Positions 49,973 through 63,500 of a stretch of 64,000 bases of DNA are shown here, piece after piece. The position numbers and the translations under genes were made by a program. Positions within the stretch are counted from its first letter, which is position 1. Each line of letters opens with the position of its first letter. Source of the stretch: Blasia pusilla (taxonomy: Eukaryota); the NCBI GenBank assembly GCA_050084515.1, contig CM114271.1, forward strand, positions 43,524,001 through 43,588,000, read 5' to 3'. The notes beneath the pieces were generated by a model. It saw only the letters and a program-made list of their open reading frames with translations. It searched no databases and had not been told where the DNA came from.

Positions 49973-51836
49973 TAGAAAACCCTCTACATTTTCCTATTTG
50001 AAGGGAAGGGTGAATTCATCATGTCACCCAAATCTCTATTATTTGTCGCTCTTCTAGCTCCGCCAAACGTATATAAAAATCATGACCAACTTGATTCTCA
50101 TAAAGGGCTTGGATTCCCCTTAGGGATTCATGACTCAAGCCTTAGTTCTAACCTACACACAATCGATTACTTCCTCTCAAATTTAGGTTAGTGCTTCCAC
50201 ATGCTAGCTACTCCAAGGCCAACTGCTCCACTTAAATGCTTTTCCATCGACACTCTAAAACACGCTCAAATCCTCGATCACAAGACTCCCCACCATCCAT
50301 TCTTATAGCTAAGAAAAAAAAATTATATACCAAGTAACCAAATCCTATGGACCATGCATACCCTACCCCGTATTGAAAAGAAAATATCAAAAATTTCAGA
50401 TCATCTCTAAACGCAAGCAATGTAAAAACATGACCATTACCTCTCAACCTCTAGAATAAACTCAAATTTCTAAGAACACATGTCATTCAAGGGTCAATCT
50501 ACCTAATACAATTAACGGAATCATTTGGCCATATGCATACATGGAAATTTTCCTTAATGGTTTTCCCAATCTAGACTCTTGCTAAACCTATACCTTCGTA
50601 CAACATCTGATTTGTGATTCAAACGCATATGGATTGTATCGCTCAACATTTTTACTTCTATTTAGTCTCTTAAGCTTGTGCCTTGAAATCACTTCTTATG
50701 TATCTACTCAATTAATAGCCTCTTTAGTAATATTGCAAGTTAGCTATGTGTTAACTTATTTTAGCTCCCCACTTACTTTTTCCTAATGAAACCCTTGTCT
50801 AGAAATTTTCTTGTTTAATCTTCCTCTTGATTATTAAACTTCAAGATTCTCTCTCCTTATTTCTCCAATTGAAATTAGATATTAAAATTAAACCTCCTTT
50901 TGAGAACCTATCCCTCTCTTTCCCCTCCCCTTTTGACAATCAATTCCTCTGAAAAAATTATTTATGGTATTTTTTTGAAAATTATTGATTTTCTTCTTCC
51001 ATTCATGTCATAAGTTGCCCCTTTCTCTCTTCTCCTCTATTAAGAACTAGTTGGTGTGGTGCGATACCCAAGATTAAAAACGATGGTTTCTCATGAACCC
51101 AAGCTAACACCTCACAACTTGGTCAATGCCTCCACTTAGTAAACTCTAAGTAGGCCCTACACACAACCCTCATCCAAGCTCTCACACTTGTAAATCTCCA
51201 AGGCTGAACCCTTTCATGTTAGTAAGGAGGCAAAGACAATACACGGTTTGGAACTCGCACCGCCAAACTATGGGTGTGAGTTCATTCATCTCCAAGTTTA
51301 TACCTCGCTCCTCCATTGACCATTTTAATAGGCCATCCATTCCCTTACCTCACTAACACACGAGTTTGCCCTTTCTTCTCCCCGGGTCCTAGAGTTTCTC
51401 GCAACTATTAGTCACTTCTCACTCACTCAAGTAGGTGTCTCGTCATTACAAGTTTCTCTTGTTGCACTCTTTTATAATCTTTTGCGGTAGCCATGGGTTT
51501 TCCATCACCCTCTTTTTATTATGGCTTTCTTTCTTCTTTTATAATCTTTTGGGGGTTAATGGAGGTGCCCACACTCACCACTGGATGCCTAGAGGTGGAG
51601 GTGGCCTACTATGTTCTTCGGGTGTTCATGGGATGAAGCTCTTCCAAAAATGTCATAAAGCTTGGTAGGACTTGTCTACGGGCCTGCTTTGACACGCCCG
51701 TGAAACCAATAAGGGGATGAGCAAAGAGCGAGAGAGAGAGAGAGAGGGGGGGATAGGTTCAAAGGGATAGGGAGAAGAGGTTCGTGAATTAGGAGAAACG
51801 AGTAGTGAAGGATACGAGAGCCAACGCAGAGGAGCT

Positions 51837-52913
51837 ATGGCGGAGAAGCTGGTTGCGGGCAGGTCGTCCTCGCTCGCGTTCTCACTTCCGTCGTCTGCAT
51901 CGGCCGGCAATCCACGAATGCAAGCGTCTTCTGTAGTCGTCCCGAGAAGAGCTGATCAAAGAAAAAAAATCAACTGCCTTCTCGGAGGTAACGATGCGCG
52001 GGTCAGTTTCCGCTCCTCCCCTCGAATCGTGAATTTCACCACGAGATACTACCGTATTGATCTCTGTATTTGCACTTCTCGCAGAGAATGAATGGAGGGA
52101 TTTATTGGAGAGAGAGAGAGAGAGAGAGAGAGATGACATGCAGGTGATGTGTTTGACACCATAGGAGAACGCACGCAAAGCTTTAGAATCGGCTCTGGGA
52201 GAGAAGAAAGAGGCATTTAGCAAATGGGACGAGGAGATAAAGAAGCGCGAAGCGAGCGACGGTAAGCCGAAAGGCAGGGGAAGAGGTTGGGGTGGGGGTG
52301 GTGCTGGCGGAGGAGGAGGAGGCGGCGGTGGCGGAGGGGGTAGCTCATCTGATGGAGGAAACGGTAATTCGTGGGATGAAGCATTACAGATAGCGTATGC
52401 GTTTGGTGGCTTAACTCTTCTTGTAAGTTTCTTTCTTTCTCCGTGTATCCTTGAATTCCTAGTTCCAAGGTCTTCTCTGGAAGATTTTGCAGAAGCATCG
52501 CCTGCTAGCTCGGGGACTGAAGTGAATTACTCCATGTACATAGGAATTCCCGGGCATATGTCATTCTACAATGAATTTGGGCGGTCTGTCTAGCGAATGC
52601 CCACAATCGAGAACCGTGAATTGTGTTTGTCGTACTCTTATCTGTGTGACGGTTATACGAGGAATTCGAGGAACTGTCTCAGTATGCGAGCATCTGATTT
52701 TTGTCGAGGGCTGGAGACTGACTTACTCATTTGTTCCTTTGGCAGTATCTCGTTCTCACGAGAGGGAACAGCATGGTGGCTCTCGTCCTGAACTCCATAT
52801 TATATGTCTCTCGTGGTTTCAAACGTCCTGCTCCTAGACGAGCCCTTGCTTCAGCTGAAGGTTCTGGAAGTGCTGAGAATGATGTGAGAAGGAAATGGGG
52901 ATCAGATGACTGA
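51837..52913 (+). CDS. Conserved plant glycine-rich membrane protein of unknown function, probably plastid-targeted, 3 exons, 196 aa
   Basis: Exons 51837-52001, 52165-52422 and 52746-52913 (GT-AG, phase 0). Ser/Ala/Arg-rich N-terminus, ARKALESALGEKKEAFSKWDEEIKKRE, poly-Gly, hydrophobic WDEALQIAYAFGGLTLLYLVLTRG..VLNSILY and C-terminal KWGSDD. I recall this pattern from uncharacterised land-plant proteins. Confidence 0.8.
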
Positions 52914-53906
52914 AAGCGAAGTCTTTTGGCGTGGGCTTCGTCGATAGTTAGCTACTTTGTTACTGTCATAGTGAGCCTCAGTTGCCTTTGCAACTCTAGC
53001 TGGTCGAATCCCTAGGTTGTCCAAGTGTGAGAAGGGGGTTTAATTGTCCAAAAGATCGTATTTGCATGCGTCTGGTTCATTCTTCCAGATGTACGAGGTT
53101 TAGGAACGTATTCAATGAACAATTTTGCAGGGACAGAGTGTAGATGGTTCGTCATGAGGAATCCAAGGCTCGCTACTTTCACAAGAGTTTGAGACAGTCG
53201 GCGTTCTCTGCGAGAGTTTCCTTTTGAAATTCAGGGCGTTGGAATTTGCGGCAAGCAGGAGCCTCTGTAAAGACTTGATTTGATTGAACACTTCTAAAAC
53301 CGCTCAGTGTATGACATTTATTGACTGAAAAGGAACATGTGAAAGACCCAAATGATGTAACCGAGCGCCAAGTGGAGACTCTACGCCTGAGCTAAGCCAG
53401 TTTCGCGTCCTCTCCACTGGTTAAGATGTTGCACCTGTTCAGATGGGGAGACTGGGCTATTAGAAAAGAGCAATTCGCACATCATAGCACCGGAGTCTGG
53501 TCCAGAGGTTGGTGGAGGTGTTTCCGAACGTTCTGCATGTGACAGTTCTCTCATGTGTTCTGGAATGAAGTAATCAAGCCGCTTTGAAAGCTAAGGTGGC
53601 AACGGAATCTCTCTTCTCGAACCTCTTTAGCTCAGTTGGAAGAACTTCTTTGGACACGGTCTGGAAAGCAAATTCATCGTGGTCGTCAAGAACGAGACTG
53701 ATCAACCGTACGGCCACGAAACCATCTAAGAATCACAGTCCATTTCTCTTCAGAGAATCTCGGTTCATGAAGGGATCCTGCAGGAGCGGCCAAGAAGATC
53801 TGCTAATCTCTTGGTTGTAAGAAGACAAACCCAAGAGAAAGTGACGAAATAGGATGCTTCTCTAAAGCTTTTCACGTAATTGCGCCATGCCCACGATTAC
53901 ATTCAC

Positions 53907-53970
53907 CGTCAATTTGCCCTCTTCAGTCCGAATTGTCCCAACAACTCGGACTGAAGAGGGCAAATTGACG
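53907..53970. repeat. Perfect 25-bp inverted repeat (hairpin)
   Basis: CGTCAATTTGCCCTCTTCAGTCCGA (53907-53931) / TCGGACTGAAGAGGGCAAATTGACG (53946-53970). Confidence 0.95.
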
Positions 53971-54466
53971 CCGTCCCAACAGTTCGTTATTTCATCTAGA
54001 GCTGTAGCTGATATGAAATGCATTTATCTCCTTTACTTGTGAGCTTTTCGTTTACTGCTTCTAATCTTTTCGGTAACAATTCATTCAGTCATTCAAGCGA
54101 GACTCGAAGTGTTCAATTTAGCAAGCTGAATTGTTGACATCCTGGTGTCAACCTTAGACGGGTGATCGGTCCTCCGAAATTTTGCCCGCAAGGTGTTCTG
54201 ATGACCTTCGCACAGACCTCCCCACTTAATCGCGAGCGTTGGAGCCTCCAAAATCCAATCCACATCGTCAATCTAAAGGGTCAGGACAAGCGACAGGTCT
54301 ACTAAATAGCGACTGACCAATCCACCGCATATGTCGTTGGAGGGAGGTCGTTGTCCGACGATACGACCAGCGGACGGACAAAGCTCATGCAGTCCTATCT
54401 GTGGAATGATCACCATAAAGACCAAACGGTATACTTGATGAATAGTCACACTAAAGAAGATTGTAA

Positions 54467-54528
54467 CATCAAGATGAGTTCGTCAAATCGACTCATCAAG
54501 ATGGGTTCGTCAAATCGACTCATCAAGA
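54467..54528. repeat. 27-bp tandem duplication (2.3 copies)
   Basis: CATCAAGATG(A/G)GTTCGTCAAATCGACT twice, then CATCAAGA. Confidence 0.9.
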
Positions 54529-55419
54529 CTCAAAGATCCTCGGCTGAAACAGTAAATATCATATCCACGCGAATTGAAGTCAAGGATGAAATATGCGAAC
54601 CAACTCACTTCAATGGTTACCAGCTAGACTATTTTTGGAAGGGTTGAAAGATTTACCAGGACAGGCCACAAATGGTCTACTGATGTGCCCATGCGTCCTA
54701 AGGACTATAAACAAAAGTGAGAGAAGTCTTCAAATAGAATCTACTGGTGACAGGACAACATCCATACATCATGTACAAATAACTAGCTTGCTGCACTATT
54801 ATGCAAATACACGATCATAATTTGCTATATCAAAAGCTCATCTGCCACATAAAAATGCTGCACCTTTCCAGAAGGGCAGAATTTGCTTAGAGAAATTGAA
54901 CAATGCACACAGCTGCATGCCCTCCGGCTTCAGAGCCTGAAGATAAATTAGTCATCTGGAGACAGTACCGAGTATTCAACTAATTGTATCCGCAACTCTC
55001 AGCTTCAGATATGGCACGACTTGTATCAGACCTACGGACTCCCGTGTGAACAACACTGCAATCGAGGATCAAACTCAGTGGTACCATCTCCACCCGTGCC
55101 TTCAGCAAAGGGGACTTCTCAAAAAATGTAAAGAGATTTCATGTAGAGGCACGGGAAACTAAAACCACATTTCTCTTGCCAGTAGTAAATCCGTGAGTGC
55201 AAAATCGAATTGTGCATCTCCATTGCTCCTGGTGTTAGGAGCCTGATACTGAAGAGGACGCCAAAAGAATGATCGGTACATTGAGATGATGAAGGTAGTT
55301 GGTAGAAGAAAGAGCTGGCCATGACAGGCATTAAATGCACCTCTTAGAAAGTGGCAAGATGACCTCCCAAGGGTCTCAAGGATACTCTCCTCACAGGCAT
55401 GCACTTCCAAGGGTTTTCA

Positions 55420-58400
55420 CTACAAGTGCTTTTTTACAGCAGCAGGTAGTTTGGCGAGAAGCAAACCCTTACACTGGCCACACATTTGCCGTGCATGCAC
55501 TACAAACTTGTCAACTTCATCATCGTGTTGCTCATAGAAATAGGGAATGGTGAAAGCTGCTAGTAACACTGGCCAACACAAGAAACTTGGAGTCAGATAT
55601 AGAGGAAGGCTGAACAAATGATACTGCAGTATAAGATGAGGACACGTATTTTGATGGGGGAATCCAGTTGATGATGAATAATAAACGCAATTCAGATCCA
55701 AATTTCCGTTTAGTGCAGTGAAATGTCAACCAATCACCATGGATACTTGCGACCTGTGGATTGTAGAGGCTAGTAAAGCTCACTATTCAACATCACGCCA
55801 TGAATATGAAAGCCACCACTCTGTGAAGTTCAGATTAGCTCACCCAATGTAGTGAGTGTTTGGATTGAAAAGCCTCCCAGAAACTTTGTGAAGCGTAGCA
55901 CAATCAGTGACTGCATGAATCAGAAAACAAATCTGAGTACATCGAGTTTGGTTAAGTATCTTAGTGTAAAGATAACATTGAATTTCCTAACTTGCACATC
56001 AGCCACCAAGTTCTGCTAACATTTTCTGGCTCAGAGGCTCAGAGTTCCAGCTTAATGAATGTGGGAATAATTTGGCTGAGTAATAAAAGCCACCAACCTT
56101 GAAGAACAAGGACCAACTCTTTCCTGTCTGCAACCTAGTGATGATGTCAGCAGCTGAGTTCCAAATTGACCGTAAAGCCAGGGCAACGTGCTGAGCTTTC
56201 TCTTCAGGTATTTCAAATGATGAAACTGGAGGAATCCTGGGAACTTCCACTCCAAACCTGCACACGTTAAAGAAGGATCCTTTCTCAAGAGAAAAACAAA
56301 GAGAGGTCCAAGAGCCGGAAGCACTTAACAGAGCAACTCCTAGAAGTGTAGTTTCAAGGTGTAATGGTACACATGGTAGGCACAAGAAACAGAAAATTTC
56401 AAATCAGACTTCTCATGTGCGTCATAAGATATATCCTGGGTTTTGACCCATCCTCCTGAATTAAGTGGGATGGAGCCCAAAACTTACACTGATTCTGGTA
56501 GCCGTGTGTAGACAAAGAGAAAGAGAAGAGACAGATAGGCGAACTTTGCCAAAAGCGAGATGATAGTGTAGCCTGAAGCAAGAAATAAGTAGGCAAAAAA
56601 AGATAGGCCAGAAAGGGCTGTTAATGATTGCCTAGTCTCTTTCCAAAGGAGTATATCTGCAACTGCAACCAGAAACAAATGCCAAAACAGACAAACTGGT
56701 TAGAAGTGGTCAAAACACATTACTGTTCTTCAAATATGATGAGGTCTACATGCAGATAAGTCCTCTGAGACTGATCAATAAAATGACAAAACTCGCTCCA
56801 CTTTGATGCCAGACTTTTTACTGCTGCTACTCAAGAAGTGGATCTCCCATGCATGTGATCTACTGCTGGGTGAGAACCTAATCAATCCCTTGTCAGCCAA
56901 CATCGAACCCCATGTCCATATGAGAATGGAAGAAAACCTGAAATTGAATATCACAATTAAAGACCATACCTGTTTCACTACCGAGCAGTAACCGTGCCTT
57001 TGAAGGTCCACTGTAGCTTCTGTCCTTCTTCATTGCCTCTTGTACCTCAGCTCTCAAATGTGGGAAGGATTCTATAGTTCGCTTAATTCCCTCCTGCATG
57101 AAGTTATTGGATACATAAAAACCATTCAGATGCTATTGATTAGGTGGCTCTCCATGTCTTGTAGTCCAAATAAAGTGGGCTGTAAAGGCCCTTGTGGAAG
57201 TGTGACCATACATATCCGGGTAAACAATGAATGAAAGAACCCAATGTTCATACATGATCTCAAGTGCCAGAACCTCATAAACAGTATAGGCACTCAGCGA
57301 AAAAAATGAAGTTCACTACAGAGGGGCATGCTCAGATAAACCCAATCAATCTTAGTATCCAATAGAGGATGCTCAGTTTACTCAGATGTAACCTACAGTC
57401 AGTAATCTGCTTGCACAGACATAAACCTGTGTAAATTCCCAAGGAGGAACAGATTATGTTAAGACTTTAGTGAGATTATCAAAACGTAATCCTCAGAAAT
57501 TCCAGAAACATAACCCACCTCAAGTGCCACAGGTGGGTCGTACCCCAAAAGCTTCTGGGCTCTTTGAATATTGAATGTGCGAGGTGTGCTCATGATTCGC
57601 AGTCGGGTGGGAGTAAATTGAGTTGGAGGTACCCCAAAAGGGGCCAGTTGTTTACAGACCCAATCAGCCATGTATGCAAACGGCATCAACAACTTCACAG
57701 GAAGGCAGTATTTTGGACTGCACCGGAAACACCAAACTATAAGCCAAAAAGAAACGGATACCAGAGCATGATCATGCCACATAAACCAAATCAATGATAA
57801 CCAGGAGTCTTACTGAATGGTTACTTTTCACACACCTGGGGTAACCAAGCCCTTCTAGAACCAGGACGAAGAAATCCCAAAATCTCCTGTGTTCACCATT
57901 GGTGATGAAATATGCCTGCCAACCAGGATACTCATGAATTTGTTCTCAAATCTAAGAGCTTCTTTGAAAAACCTTTGAGAATGTGAACATCCAATCAATA
58001 AGGCCTTACAATTATTTACTGAGATTTTAGAAAGAACAGCGGAGATTTTGCAATCCAAAAAGCTATGCTTTAAAATTACCTTGCCAGCTGCAGCCATTTC
58101 ACCTTTATCTTCCGGCCTGAGGGCATTATCTGCACATATGTGAGCATTGGCGACATTTTCCACGTATGTCCAGTCAAAAAGATTCTTCCCATCACCGATG
58201 ATAAACTGAAAAAAGTCACATCACATTGTAAGGAATCATTAACATACAAAACATATTATCTTTACCAGTTGATAAAGCAAGATATTACTTGATCAGTATT
58301 GAAAGTGGAGCTGATCAAATCAAGCATACCTCAGTATGGGTATATCAGTCACTGTTCTTACAAGACCAAAAGAAACTATACAGATGGATCCCCTGGCTGG

Positions 58401-60347
58401 CCTTTCATTGTTTACTTAGCAATTTGAAACCACCCTACCATGTCCTTGCATATATTCTAAATCAAGTATGATCAGGAAATCTAGCAAGAGTGATTGACCT
58501 TCAGTTTTCCTGCTCTTGCTGCGTCAACAGCTGCAGGCACAGTCAGCCTGTCTCCCGGGCCAAATATTCCACTTGGTCGAATGGCACAAGTCAGCAAACC
58601 ACTCTTCCCATTGGAGCTCAGCACTATTGCCTCGGCCTGAGCCTTTGCTTCTGAGTAGAAATCATTGTGCTGTCATTGAATGCAAATTGAACTTTGGTTA
58701 CATAACATATCACTCAAATCCTACTAACATGAGCTGAAAAGTATGCTGTGGGAACGTTGCCTTCCTAGTATGCATTACTGCACAAAGCACATTAGCTTAG
58801 GTGATTGTGGAAAACTTGACTGTCTAGAAATTGACGGGCTCATGCCGCTTGAAAACTATAAACGAACCTTATCTGGAATCGGTAGCGACTCATCCCCATT
58901 TACAATAGGAGTTTTACCATCGAAGACTACGCTGGGAGAGCTGGTGTAGATTAACTTCTTCACTCCATGTTCAATGCATGCATCAACGATATTTCGTGTT
59001 CCTGCACATATCAAGGATGTGAAGTAAGATCAGTGATACCAGTGGTATGGTCAATAACAATTCAAGCTTTGTGGTTTATTGCTTGCCATGAAACTCACCA
59101 CAGGAAGGTACCACGCTGAAAATGAATGCTAATCATTCTCCTGATTCCAGAATCTTTCCCCTCCAAAGATCCGAAGGCCCAGTTAAACTCAATTGATCAC
59201 ATTCTAGAACTGAGGAGATCGCACATCAATCGTTGGAACAATGTTTGCACAGAACACTGATCAAGCATTCGAACTGGTAATTCCTTCAAACTCTCTGTAC
59301 TCGGGTGTAATACAGAAAGTCAAATCCATCATCCACTCTTCAATCATGTCTGTAAAGCTAAAAGTCCTGATATTGATGGTTTCAGAAGGGAATAAAGAAC
59401 TCCAGACCTTTGACAGTTACATCGTAATGCAGTTCAAACTTGTTGATACTCGAGTCAGGCGCTGCCATGTGAAAGACCACGTCCACTCCTTTGCAAGCTG
59501 GCATCCGAAAGCGGATTATGAGACTTAGGGATCCAACACTAACGATTAGTCCAACAAAGGCCTTGTCTTTGAACATGTCAACCTCACGGCACTAATTATT
59601 GGTCATCATGAGTTTGCGGGAACGATATAAAATGTGGAATTTCATGAAGTTCGAAACTTAATTGGTACCTCGATGGTAGAGTCAAATCTCAAGGTATATC
59701 ATCAACCAGAGTCAAGCAAAGATCACACAAAACAGGTGTGGACTTCGAACTTGAAACAAATGTCGGTTTTCACTCATGAACCTCAATGAGTAGAACTGAG
59801 GCTCCTAAAACATTGAGGCTGAATGAGCGAAAGCTGACAGATGCAGGGAAACAAACAGCAATCGCCGGAATTCCTCAAATTCCCAGAAGATCCACTTCAA
59901 ATACCGTATGTCCATCTCACTAAAGTGCGGACTATGACAAATTAAAATTCGATCAATTTCTCCGAGTATGAATCCGGGTGCAAATGTTTGTGACTGTCGA
60001 CAAGTCTATCTACGTCTTACGACCTAAATCCTTCGAATTCCTCCTATGGTGCCCGGCTGTTAGGAGATCAGGGGTGAAAAGATTTAGGAAGAAACACCGA
60101 TCGTACCATCGAAGACCTGGTCACGATTGGTCAAATCTGCGCAAAGATATTCCACCCTTTCATCATTAAGGGCTTTCCCGAGAACGCCAATCAGCTCCTC
60201 GTCCGAGAGCGTCATCTGTGGCGCCAGATCCATAATGCGGATCTTATATTCGGTCTTTAGAATGAGCTGGTTCACCAAATGCCGCGCGGCAAAACCCCTG
60301 CCTCCTGTCACCAATGCCAGCACTGTGACTTCATCATCGAACCCCAT
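55420..60347 (-). CDS. 3BETAHSD/D: 3beta-hydroxysteroid dehydrogenase/C4-decarboxylase with C-terminal reticulon domain, 12 exons, 571 aa
   Basis: Exons 60347-60107, 59497-59408, 59001-58868, 58669-58499, 58205-58080, 57915-57836, 57717-57519, 57093-56970, 56662-56488, 56257-56098, 55910-55844 and 55568-55420. They total 1716 nt, all GT-AG with consistent phases. Motifs: [33 protein letters not shown], catalytic [26 protein letters not shown], reticulon [18 protein letters not shown], and C-terminal KKHL. Confidence 0.95.
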
Positions 60348-60599
60348 CTCGCCCTTGCGCTCCTGCTCTCTGCTGCGGGCCGAGACGTGAGAGACGAGAA
60401 GAAGAGACCTCAAGACCAAGAGGAAGAGAGCGGAAATGAGCCGAAGGATTGGACTGGGCTGCTTTGCTTGGGCACTTGGGGGTTGGGAACTTACTTGGGC
60501 CCGCAATGGCCCTGCCTCTCCCTCTTCCCCGCTATCCCACGGTCCTCCAAACCAACGGACCGTCGGGAAGTGTTCGGAGAGCCATGATTCATACACGAA

Positions 60600-63500
60600 G
60601 AATGATGGGAAACACATCACGATACAAAAGAGGGGGCATGGAGACCCAAAAAATAGACCTCTGAGCCTTCCCCCTAACGACCAAAATCACCAACAGGAGA
60701 GACAATATCAATAACACCTAGAGAACTATGATTACTATTAAATGGGCCTCTAGCATTGGCGTTTCCAACCGCCTGAGGCCGCTGCAGATGCCCATTTGTC
60801 TGGGCGCGTTGCAAGACTATGGAGACCTGTTGCCTATAATAAAGTATCACAGTGGCTAAGGACAATCCATTTCTCGACTGGAGATGATGAGCGCCATCCG
60901 TAAGGAATGAGTCAAACCTCTCCCCCATCGCCCCGTACATCTCAATGGCTAGGAGGATAAATCGATGTCCGTCATGAAGTCGACTATCAATGTGGGTCTT
61001 CTTGACCGCCGCCGCCGCCGCTCCTTGTAGCAATCTCCCTTGTGCTACCACTTGGGCTCGCACCGCCTCCCGCGTAGGATCCGTCACTATAACATCCGCT
61101 ACCACCACCTCAGACTCCCTCGTCATGTAGAAATCAACACAGATAAGGGAATCCCGCATGGAGTAGTGCCTCTCTCTTTGTACATGGAATCCACTCTCCC
61201 GAGCAATAGAGAACATAATATCCCGCACTGCATCGTGAGTGGCTATCCTCTCACCCCCAACTAGACACCGTGCCAAATGCACACAAAGTGGATCCAGACT
61301 CTGGCGACACTCGCATTGTGTCGAACCAACCACCGTTGGTTGGGGCAGGCCAAGTCTGAACCTCATCGCTGTAGTGTAGGTAAGTGGTGCGATGCGGAAA
61401 GCCGGGATGAGGGGACGAGCCTCCACCCATGAGTCTGCCCCCTTTCCGGAGCAAGAGCGAATACGGGCCCGAACCTCCATGGGGATATTCCCGTCCGACA
61501 TAGTAGCTCTAAACAATGCATCAAAGTGGGCTTCCATCAAAGAAGATTGGAGCCCACACTGTCCGGAGGTAACTAGGGAAGAGAAAGAGGGAAGAACTGC
61601 TCTAGCCTCAACAAGAAGGGAGTCTCTACAAGCTATGAGTGAAGACTGAAGTGGGAAAAGACCATCCTCAACCTGGGAAACATATTGTAAAAGTAGCGGT
61701 CTATCCCTAACCAAAAATCGGGAGCAAAGGAGGGGTGCTACCCAACTCCCTAAAAAGGCTGAAGACGCCACTAACTCAGTCGCTATGAGCCCTACTCCAC
61801 CAAAGGCAATCGGCCAAGAAGCCTGTCTACGAGCTAACTCCCCCGCGGGGCACTCTAATGAGCCGGGTCCTAGAAGATCCCCAAACGCCTGCATAATCTT
61901 TCTATCAAAGGATCTATATAAGGAAGAAATATGGATAGTCGCCCACACGGTTCTACACAGATAACCAGGTCTATGTGCAAAACATGATGAGAGGATTTCA
62001 TAAGCTACTTGAGGGTCACCAATCCTTGTGAGATCGTCGACATGAAGAAGATCCTCGGTAAGAGCCGTCGCCACAAAACTCGATACAAAGTCCTGGCTCC
62101 CGAGTGGAACTCCCAAGACGGGAAGCCCTTCAGCAGATGTCAAAAAACCGTCGGGTAAATGAATATCCGTTGACAAGCCTAATGAAGAACAAGCCTTGCA
62201 CTTTCCCACCTTCACCGCGAGGCCGACGTGTGCCAACTGTGCTGAAAAGTGCTGAAATGCAGGAACAACCAAGTCTCCAGAGCCGACAATGTGAGTATCA
62301 TCTGCCAACAAAGGGAAAATGCAACTCGGGAAAGCCTCCACCATAGAAAGAACCGCTCGATAATGAGCCAAAGCAAACGCACCACCCAGGGGATCACCCT
62401 GACGCGTCCCGGTAGCAGACTCCAAGACCGTGACCTCCTCCTCAAACCTACCATGGTGAAAATAGAGAGCCAAGGGGGCCCCATAAAGAGCATGCACGAA
62501 GGGGATCATGCTCGTTATGGGACCCCCTGCATCTCTCAGCTCCGTGAAGATAGTTGCCCGAGACACTGAGTTAAAGGCGTTCTCCACATCAACTTGGAGA
62601 ACCACCCACTCATGATGTATATCTAAACAAGCCCTCAAACCTAAGGCTACAGCCTCACAACCGGCTGGCATGGCCACTCCGAACTGGTGGAGACTCATAT
62701 GTGACTGGAAAGCCTCACGAAACTGCAAAGCGATAGTGCGACTCACCAACCGCAAGAGCACCTCCCCTATGGCAATCGGACGGATCCCTCCATCCTCCTT
62801 CGATAATGCCAAAAGTCGCCCCGCCCCCAATACCTGGGCTACTGTTGTTGGCACTCTCCCCTGAGCTAGGTGAGAGGCAACCTGAAGCAACTCGGAAAAG
62901 CCGCTAGCAGAGTCCTCGGAGGGAAAGCAATCACGAAGGTGTTCGTACATCATACCGGACAACCCTCCAGCTGCTATCCTAGGGGAACGCCCGAGTACCC
63001 GTGCAAAGAGGGACGGGTTTAGGCATAAGGTCGTGTCAGGATGGAAGTCATGTACAAATGCTGGGATGTCAACCACTAGACGAGGGTGTAGCCTCCGGAG
63101 GGCGTCGATGGTAACAGTGGAAGGAGGAGCCATATCCATGGGGCGGAGCGCACGAGCCGCTCGCGAGTACTCCCCGACTCGCCCAAGTCTCCTACATCGT
63201 CGCAATCTGGCAGCTACAAGATCGTATGCTAGGAAAGCACGTGGAGTGCTACCTCTGGCATATGCCACAAACTCGCTCTGCAGAGACTCCCAATCACCTC
63301 CTCGGAAGCGCCGCAATCGGGCCACAACCTCTCTATGGCCAGCCTTTCCTCCTCGGGTATAGCGAAGACACCATCATGGAAGGAGAAGTAGTAGATACCA
63401 CGAGAGCTCATCCATAGGATCAAGTGCGATCCTAGATAAGGGAAGGATGAGAGATTGGCGAAGCTCATCCCGAATAGCATGGGGGATCCTATGAAACAAC

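Noticed and set aside
55532-55783. Candidate reticulon exon starting VASIHGDW
   Set aside because: 55910-55844 gives the correct phase and hydrophobic reticulon sequence; this one does not.
60348-60620. N-terminal extension of the sterol dehydrogenase from an upstream in-frame start
   Set aside because: Homology-like sequence begins at MGFDDE (60347). The extension overlaps leader and TE sequence and is unsupported.
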